From a virus: 64,000 nucleotides of DNA. Positions 43,101 to 51,300 of the stretch are shown piece by piece. The stretch covers positions 1 through 64,000 of the IMG/VR virus record IMGVR_UViG_3300032326_002451; one strand, written 5' to 3'. The notes beneath the pieces were generated by a model. The model was not told the origin of the DNA. It ran no database searches and saw only the letters and a list, made by a program, of their open reading frames with translations. The stretch's first letter is position 1, and each line of letters starts with the position of its first letter. The position numbers and the translations under genes were made by a program.

Positions 43101-45365
43101 TACAATGGCACTACTTCTGCTATTTCAAACTCAGACTTAGTAAGCAATAATATTCAAATTACATGTTCAGCTATTTATAAAAATAAAATTTATTTAGGAA
43201 CATCTAATGGTCTTCTTTTAACATCAATAACTGGTGACTATTGGAATGTTGTCAATCCTGTAAATCCTAATGATTCAACAAGCTACAAGTACACAAAACC
43301 TATAGTAAGCTTAAAATCAATGGGAGACAAACTTTATATTGGCACAGAAAAAGGCACATCATCTTACCCAAGTATTTATTCATATGATGGCAAATCTATC
43401 ATCAAGATAAAAGATTTTGATGCCACTTTTCAAAGAGTATCATCACTCGGATCATGTAATTTTACATTATTTGCGGGATTGGGCGGACTATATTCTTCTG
43501 CTAATTCAACAATATATAAGTACGATGAAAATGAATGGACTGCTACACTTGCAACCACATATGATGATGTAGAATATTTAGAATACTCTACTGCAAGAAA
43601 GTCTTTAGTAGCAGGTTTTAGAGGCGGTTTCATTTGGGAATTACCATTTGTTGACAGTTTACCAACCGCATGGGCATCAATATATGATACTAATGCAGAC
43701 CATATATATTCAATAAATGACGATAGTCTTGGTAACTATTTGTTCATAAATACAGATGTCAAGAGTGCTATTTATGTCAAGTCCTTAGATACATTCAAAT
43801 CTGTAGATACTTATCACTCTCAAGAAGATGGACTTAATTTACGCTGGAGAAAATATGATACTTACGCTGAATCTTATAGTTCAGATTTAGCTGATAACGA
43901 AAACTTTACATATCAAAACTTTTCTTTATTGAATACTTCTCTTGACACAACTAATTTTTCTATTACTGGATTTACATCAAATTCATCTGTTTTAATTGAG
44001 GGATATATCAAGATTAAAACAGCTGGAGATTATAAGTTTAAGTTATCTACAAATATGGGTGCTAAATTTACTATTAGCACTGCAGCAGCAGAATCTGATT
44101 TCGATACAACAAATAAAACATCAGATGCTGACTTGATTACACCAAGTGCGTTTACATTATCAGAAGATGATTTAGTTTATGTAAAGATAGAAGCATTTAT
44201 TTCTGCATCTACTACACCAACAATTCATCTATATTGGAATAATCTAAATGAAATACAAGGTTATCAAATAATCCCAATTACATATTTAAAAAGATCAAGT
44301 AAAATTAAGTCCATTTTAGAAATAAATGAAAATTATTATGGCGTTGGAAGTGATGGTTTAGTTTATGAATTTGATCCTACATATTACGCTACAAAAGTAA
44401 GAAATGTGTATGCAAGAATCAAAGATAGCGCTGGAAATATTCATGGTTTAGCGTTGGCTGGAAAAACTGATATTGATGAAATCTTGACAGATAAAATTGT
44501 CCAAGACTTAAATACTGTCGAAGGTACATATCAAACTAAAGGAAAAATATTCCAAGTTTTGAAAAATGCCGATAATACTTTACAAACCAGAGTAGTATAT
44601 ACTCCAAATACAAGGCAATATTCTATATTTGCTCCAGATAGAAAAGTCAGAGAAACTGGATATTATGAAGCTGAACCATTCTTTGTGCCAACACTTGTAA
44701 AGTGGTCAAACCTTGTAGTTTTAGTTGCAAATAAATATTCAATCAATACTTACAATGGAAGTATTTTACCAGGTCTTGATGCTGGTACTTCTGTCAAGGT
44801 TTATGTAAGAACAGGAGCTTCAAGGGCTGAATGTTTATTAGCAAATTGGAGTACAGCTTACGAAATAAGCTACATCAATATCAATACGAGTATTCCGCCT
44901 GTTGAAACTTTAGATATTGAATTGCAAGCATACAACGGGAAATGGTTGCAATATAAATTTGAATTAATATCTGCTACTAAAAATGTATCACCGGAAGTTA
45001 TATCTACAACTGTCTCGTACAGTGCAGGTACTTCAAGTTACTATTTTACAAAAATATTTGATACAGCTGATTATGATTCTTCTACTCCTGTGATTAGAAG
45101 AGGTTTGCTTACATCTAATGAGCTACTTAACAATGGAACTATAACTTATGGATACATAAATAGCGAAAATGTAAATGATATTTATGATTTCAACAAGTAT
45201 AAACAAATTACACCAAATGAAGTATTCACAATTGATTCTCCAACAAGCACAATAAAATTTGGAATACTTTTTACATCTGTTGGAGCTAATCCTTCAGTTG
45301 TTTACGATTTTGCAGTTCAATTGGATTTAGGCGGCTCTAACATAAGATTTATGCCGAGTTTGTGA
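40164..45365 (+). CDS. Giant virion/adhesin-like protein (SwmB-like repeats, propeller, PA14-like)
   Basis: SADGTKVYLQF, STDGTSINAVF and VNGLDIYLTF repeats; EGYIKIKTAGDYKFKL...LYW...IIP PA14 pattern. Confidence 0.6.
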   Translation: MPRKKKNSEDQNNFVAYSGAAPTPVELGQTNESYTSADGTKVYLQFIDVDSNGLYPSSGIQLRFSVTKVVGGTATTVTPVSTFIDSALPKTLQLTLNSSDRVIDGLYNAAGIVTSYQSVFVSYNTSTAGGFGTIPLLSDNDTVKTSVQAFAGLAISNRTSEANGPQILYAFSSTDGTSINAVFREATPPLLPTTGIAGFAVTQGTTPISISNAYVLNPSSATGGTTVVIELSSPLSIATGSNDVKLSYIWPSLYSTRLRDSSALGNTAVAFSGLAVTNLTSETTAPRVVDAYTSNTGVRLIYVKMSEPTLPGDSGTGFSVAIGSSSFPATIILADNSTYAGQGVTEYVMTISHVFNDVDLLELDYNKFSNDFITDQSANLNPLLSFSNKFRIRNLYSNYNPLAPEVVDVFNAGESYVDVNGLDIYLTFDINKYYKTYPDDGIEGLQVFVDGQLTPIKSAISLDRTFFPHVKLTLYNRIYSGSEVKVGFIQGNLRDSNLVIFGNFEPDTIVNNAAIDPVDFFDVLTWYDNSNNSISYDFEIDDNTSELFRKSKIHTNTSVVLDTTAPQGVLILNRAEGDVSSGIKIHKFEAYGTEEIEYSSSSTDVDIRNDAVAWSINSTINKSINKITIKLKLDFSITNTLDFVRISLHSNDTESNVPGDLLSTLGKISFGSLSTSYQEFEISFDKFDITANTLYWIQVACDNIIDATVNTVSIFIPKHTSVGKFLANTSGDTSTGWLSTKDTSVYYKLSSADDNDLELVSQDYVLDIFEKPIRQANYFTESSLRNFELIGDSQSNFLQKRLSKIQIDGTMVYPYVSKIILGATSTKPKNYILEVRSTPETIWTKVFDTIVDESTLDNLVYTFDTPVQISDIRIVYKGDYFTIDSVATLTLAASDNFSDVVSAQISHFSDFRDAKDFSLAGSNGYFDFSEGSTTFLNYAYTNNAEVFKATTGSADSEILTAISHSGKIILGANNTAFTFYNGTTSAISNSDLVSNNIQITCSAIYKNKIYLGTSNGLLLTSITGDYWNVVNPVNPNDSTSYKYTKPIVSLKSMGDKLYIGTEKGTSSYPSIYSYDGKSIIKIKDFDATFQRVSSLGSCNFTLFAGLGGLYSSANSTIYKYDENEWTATLATTYDDVEYLEYSTARKSLVAGFRGGFIWELPFVDSLPTAWASIYDTNADHIYSINDDSLGNYLFINTDVKSAIYVKSLDTFKSVDTYHSQEDGLNLRWRKYDTYAESYSSDLADNENFTYQNFSLLNTSLDTTNFSITGFTSNSSVLIEGYIKIKTAGDYKFKLSTNMGAKFTISTAAAESDFDTTNKTSDADLITPSAFTLSEDDLVYVKIEAFISASTTPTIHLYWNNLNEIQGYQIIPITYLKRSSKIKSILEINENYYGVGSDGLVYEFDPTYYATKVRNVYARIKDSAGNIHGLALAGKTDIDEILTDKIVQDLNTVEGTYQTKGKIFQVLKNADNTLQTRVVYTPNTRQYSIFAPDRKVRETGYYEAEPFFVPTLVKWSNLVVLVANKYSINTYNGSILPGLDAGTSVKVYVRTGASRAECLLANWSTAYEISYININTSIPPVETLDIELQAYNGKWLQYKFELISATKNVSPEVISTTVSYSAGTSSYYFTKIFDTADYDSSTPVIRRGLLTSNELLNNGTITYGYINSENVNDIYDFNKYKQITPNEVFTIDSPTSTIKFGILFTSVGANPSVVYDFAVQLDLGGSNIRFMPSL

Positions 45366-45372
45366 GATATAA

Positions 45373-48300
45373 ATGGCACAGAGAACATCTAAATATAGAT
45401 TTGTTTATCTTCAATATGGGGATAAATGGTATCCAGGACATGATTATGAAAATATGCAAACTGTCGAAAATCAGTTTGAATATTTATATAAATTCATCGG
45501 GCCAAGTGTTGGATTAGGATGGACTGCTGATTTATTAACAAATTATAGAGATGATCAACTTCAATTGATCTCAGGTTACTTGAGTAATCCTTTAGGTGAG
45601 TTTGGTAAATACATGACAAGCATGAACCTTAATTTTGGTTCATCGTATATATGCGCAGCTGGAACTACTAACAATATAACACTTTCTGGTGGAGCACCTA
45701 ATTCTCTTGATGGCATAAGCCTTGCATCAAACGATAAAATTTTAGTCAAGAATCAAACTGATAAAACAGAAAATGGTGTTTATTATGTTTCCACTTTGGG
45801 GACAGGGTCTGATGGTACTTGGTTACGATCTTCAGTATTAGATGAAGCAAGTGATTTCAGTACAAACTTTTTATCTTATGTTTCTTCTGGTTCTGCAAAC
45901 ACTTCTACACTGTGGTTGGCTTCTTCTCTTGGAAGTTCTTTTGGTTCAACTAACTTGTATTTTATTGATGCATTTTCACAATGTATCAAAGTTTTTCCAG
46001 GTTCAGGAATTGTTGATGTTTTTTCTGCAAAAACAGAAAAGCCTTATTACTTTAGGTTTCAAAATGCCAATAGTTATCATGTTTGGGCTGAACCTTCATC
46101 GAGCTTAAATTACAATAATGTTTGTAAAATTATAGCCCCTAATACCCCCAATATTAATTATGACGATACTCACAAGGCTACATATCTTCTGACAGCAAAA
46201 TCTTCTTTGGGTTCAACTCTTTATGATGCGCCCTCAGTATCTGAAATAATTTATGGATACAAAAGAAAAAATTTGATCAATGAGTCAGAAGAGTTTCAAG
46301 ATAGTCTGACTAAAGGTTTTTTGAGCCATAAACATCTTGGATCTTTGTCAAGTCCTTCAAAGATAGATTTGACATCAGATGTAATTCTTTTTGGATCTTC
46401 AACATACAATGAAGTGCAAAGAGTGTCAAATTCATCTTTTGTATTAGTTTATCCAGACAACACTTTGTTTTCAGGGAATTTTGATATTTATGGAATGCCG
46501 AGCGTATATGTAAATGATTTAAAGCTTTCTGAAAATGATTATAGGTTTGAATTAGATACCACACCATGTAAAATTATTCTCAAAAATAGTATTTCTCAAA
46601 ATAGTGTCATAAGAGTAATTCTTCCTATTTTTACTCAAAAAGAATTGGTAGCTATTGATTCAAATGGTAACTTGGCTGGATCAACAATAACTTCAGCTGG
46701 CTATGTGTATATTTCAGATGGAGTGCTGGAAGATAGAAATCCTAATGATAATAATGCCGAGCTTGTATATAGGAATTTTTCTTGGAGTAAATCAAAATAT
46801 CAAACTCCAGAATTATATTTAAATGATAATAAAATCAATCCAAAATACTATACTTTAAATAACGATTCTGCACTTTTGTACTTTGATGATACTCTCCCAA
46901 ATATAAGTTCATATACTTATAGTAACTTAAAAATAAAATTATCATCTGTAGGAAAGGAGTTCACTGAAAATATAAGTAGCTCCAATACTCAAGATATAAA
47001 TGCTTCTTCATTTTCTTCTGGCACATTATCGAACAGTAGGATTTCTAATTTATCTCATAACTTCTACATGAGATATAAGAAAAATTGTACCTTTACCGCA
47101 AGTAAACATCTTATTACAGGAAGTGGTTCAACTTTCTTTTATCCAGAAAATACAATCTCTGATTTGCAGTTTAATATTGCAACATACTCAATATTTTCGA
47201 GTGCTAATTTTGGAAATACAAATGTTTTATTAGGCACACAAAGAGGATTGATGACTTCAAGCTCATCATTGACTCCAATAAAACTTTCATCTAATTTTAA
47301 CAATGATTTAGGTAGACCCAAAGATTTTCAAGACAATATACTACATCCTGATGAAACCAACTATTTCAAAGAAACATATATGTCTACTTTGCAAGGAAAA
47401 CTTTTCTATACTAAAAATGATGGAAATACATGGACAGAGATAAAACTTCCATACACAACCGCAGAGAGACAAGCTATAGTTTACGATTTTGATGTTTCAA
47501 CTGAGAAAGTGCAAGAGACTGATACTTCCTTTTATTACAAAACAAACTTATATGTCACAACTGACAATGGCTTGTATTATGCACAAATTAGAGAAGGCTA
47601 TACTGAAGAAAACTGGGATTGGAATCTTGTCAATCGATATGTTATCAATGACACAATAAATTATTCTGTTGACAACCTTACATCTTCTGTGGAGATTGTA
47701 ACCAAAAATATTGAAATTATTCCTGGTGAAAATGATCTTGTAACATACGATAGAAATTTGTATGTTGGGTCTAATTCAGATCAATATCCTGGATTGTATG
47801 TTGGAACAGCTTCTGGTTTAGAGCAAATATTTTACGAACCAGTAAATGGAATTTTTTGGATTCAAGATGGTAAGGTTAACACAAACAAAAATAACCTTAT
47901 ATGGTGGAGTGACTATGATGTATATCATACACATTCATCAAAGTACGTTTCTAATGAAAACGGTGCTTACTGGATTCCACCCTTCACAGACACAAATGCC
48001 CTTTTTTCACCAGTATATGCAGCTACAACAGCAAATGTGACTCTCTCTGGTAATCAAACTATAGATGGTCAATTTTTAGTTGATGGTGATACAGTTTTAG
48101 TAAAAGATCAAGATAATGAAGAAGAAAATGGTATTTATATCGTGTCTTCAGGAGCATGGACAAGACGAACAGATTTTGATTCAAGTTTGGATTATGAAAC
48201 TGAAAAAAGAGTTGAAGTCCAGAATGGCAACTTATATGGTGGATCTTTATGGTTTTTAGTACCAAGAGATTCATTCACAATAAATGTAGATCCGATTATC

Positions 48301-51300
48301 TGGGATATTTATAAAACTATCTTGTATAGTACTTTTCAATACCCTTATGCAACATCTCGTCCAAAAATACAAAACGTGATAATGCGAAATAATGGCGATA
48401 ATGAGTACTTCATCATTACTACTGATTCAATTATTTTAGTCAATGATAGCGGAGTTCGTCCTGTATTAACTGAATTTCCTTGGGACACTCCTTTCCAAGG
48501 CACACTTAGAAATGCTTTGAGTGTAAGAACTTCTGATGCAAATGGATTATTGTATGCAGTTTCAGATAGAGGCCTGTTTGTTTCAACATCATATTTATGG
48601 GCCGACAAAAATTCAATTACTCAAACATTAAATCTTACTGATCACTGGAACAGAGTAGATAATTTTTTCCTTGACTCAGATACATTAAAATTATTTGATG
48701 TAAACTCAGGGGCACAAAATAATTCTTTTTCTTTGATTCCACAATATCAAATAGTTTTATTCAATACTGCTATAGAAAAAGGAACAAACTATTACTATGA
48801 AAGATCGTTTACAGATTTTTACACGGATCCATGGGAACAATCTTTCATTGATGATAATGGAAATACTTATGAGAATAGAGTAGTAGTTTACATAGACAAT
48901 GAGCCTACCAAAATACCTTATATAACTGACCCATCTTTAGGTTTGATAAGGTTTACATCAAGTGTGGACTCAAAGTATCTGAATAGTGTTCAAGTTTCTA
49001 TATCTGCAAATAATATGTATTTGACTAATATTGGACAAAGAACTCATGAAGAAATATTCATAGGAGTTGGAAAATCTGAACCTATAGCTGTTTTATTTTC
49101 AGAAAATTCTATTTCTTCTGATTCTATATTTCTAAATCAAACCATAGATTCTAATATTAAAATTTTACTTCTTGAAAATGGCACTAATAGAGAAGTAGTA
49201 TATGTCAAAAAAATAGACAATTATGCTAATCCTGTCAGAGTAGATCTGCAATATGCAAGGTCAAGCGCTGGGCCTTCATTCATATTTCCAGAAGGTTCGA
49301 CAGTTTATTCAGTAAGTGACAGCCTTAGTTCCAGTATAGAAAACGATCTCTATGGATTACTTTCTAATGAAACTTACAATTTGGCTTCTGATAATAATGT
49401 AAACACCGAAAAATTAATTTTAGGTTTGCAAAACGAGATTCCAAATTTATTTGATATTTCTCCAGCCGCTGTAATTTCTCAAACTGATACAAGGGGCCTC
49501 AAGAATGTCAAATATGTGAATGACTTTGAAAATGATAATTTATTTGATATTGCTGATTCTTATATAAATGAAAATATTGGCTTGGAATATAGTGCAGATG
49601 ACCCAGCTTTTGAAGTAAAAGACATTTCAAGTATTACAAATTTATCAACTGAAGGCATAGACACGATAGTTTCAACAGACAAAGGTTTATGGAAGTTTAC
49701 TGGTGGAATATGGAAGAGTTTATTACCGTCTGAGGTATACAGATTCAACTTTGTCAAAAAACTTACAGATGGATCCTATATTGCTGCTTCTGAAAATGGT
49801 CTTTTTATTGGTGACAATTCTTATAACTTTACAAAAGATTCATTATTTACTCAAGATGTCTTAGATTTAGAAGAAGGTTTGTGGGGCAATGAATATTTCA
49901 GAGTTTATGGTAAAAGAGATGGCTTACTATTTATAAAATCTCCTGATACTTCATTTTTCACTTCTGAATATGTTTCTGAATTAGACAATGTAGCTACAAA
50001 CGGAATTGCAAAATTATCTTCTAATAGGATTATAGATTCTGTCCTGACTTCTTATGACATTATTTTTGCATGTTCAGATATTGGTTTTTATGGAATTTGC
50101 AATGGTATAAATTCTGATGTTTTTTCGAATTCACTTACTTGTAAAAAGCTTATAACTAATAACCCGTCTGGAGTGACTAAATATTTCAAATGTTTTACGC
50201 CATTTATTACTCCAACAATACCTGCCAATAATAATACTTCAAATTATTTATTCATATTGACTGATGATGGAGTATTGAGAGTTGACAATTGGAAATGGTG
50301 TGACCCTACAAGTTCAACAGGTGCTACTTTCAATATTGATCAAAGATTTTTACAGGGAGTTCAATGTTATAGTTCTACTCTTGATGTTTCTGAAAGTCCT
50401 GATAATGTTTTGCCTGGAAAATCTAAAATATTTATTGGCACTGAAAAAGGTGTATACAGATCGCTTGATGGTGGTTTATCTTTTGAGCCAACACAAAAGT
50501 TTAATGATTTATTTCTGGTTATTCATAATTTAGAAATATTCGAATCTACTTATTTATCAAACAGTTCTTATGTAACCAACAATGTTTTAGTTGCAAGTAC
50601 AAATATGGGTATTTGGTATTCTGTAAACGATGGAGACAATTGGTACCTAAGTGGATCTGCTACAGATGATAATGAATATCCTTTGCTGATTACAGAAAAG
50701 CCATCAAATAATGTAAAAACAACTGAAAATATAGCTGTAGATGGATACCTTGCTCAAACATTTGTGACTAAAAATAGCGCTTCGACCATAGATAAAGTTT
50801 TTGTTATGCTTGAAGTTAATACGGAGCTTTCGAGTAACCAATACTATAATAATTCAGTCACAAGTAACACATTACAAGCATTTTTATGTAATCTTGACGG
50901 AAATGGTAAGCCCGATATGTCAAGTGTATTAGCTTCAAGTTCTAACACTAAAAATCCGAAAGATATAGTCAAGGGTGATTTTTCTTATTTCAACTTCAAC
51001 TACTCAGCTTCAGCAAATTCGAACATTGGCTTAGTTATTAAGGAAACCTTAGCTCCTAATTCTATTTCAGTTGTTTCTTGGAAAAAATCTAATTTGCAAA
51101 ATGCTTATCTAAATGGAAAAGCATTTACTTACACTTCACCCAATTGGAGTGTATTAGATTCAGACAATGATAATGATTTTTTATTCAAAGTTTTTTACAG
51201 TACAGAATCTACACAAACTGAAACAATAGTACCAGTAGGAAATGAGGATGGGTCTGTAATAGGGTGGGATAGTGGTGTGTCAAGAGGTGTTATTTCTACA

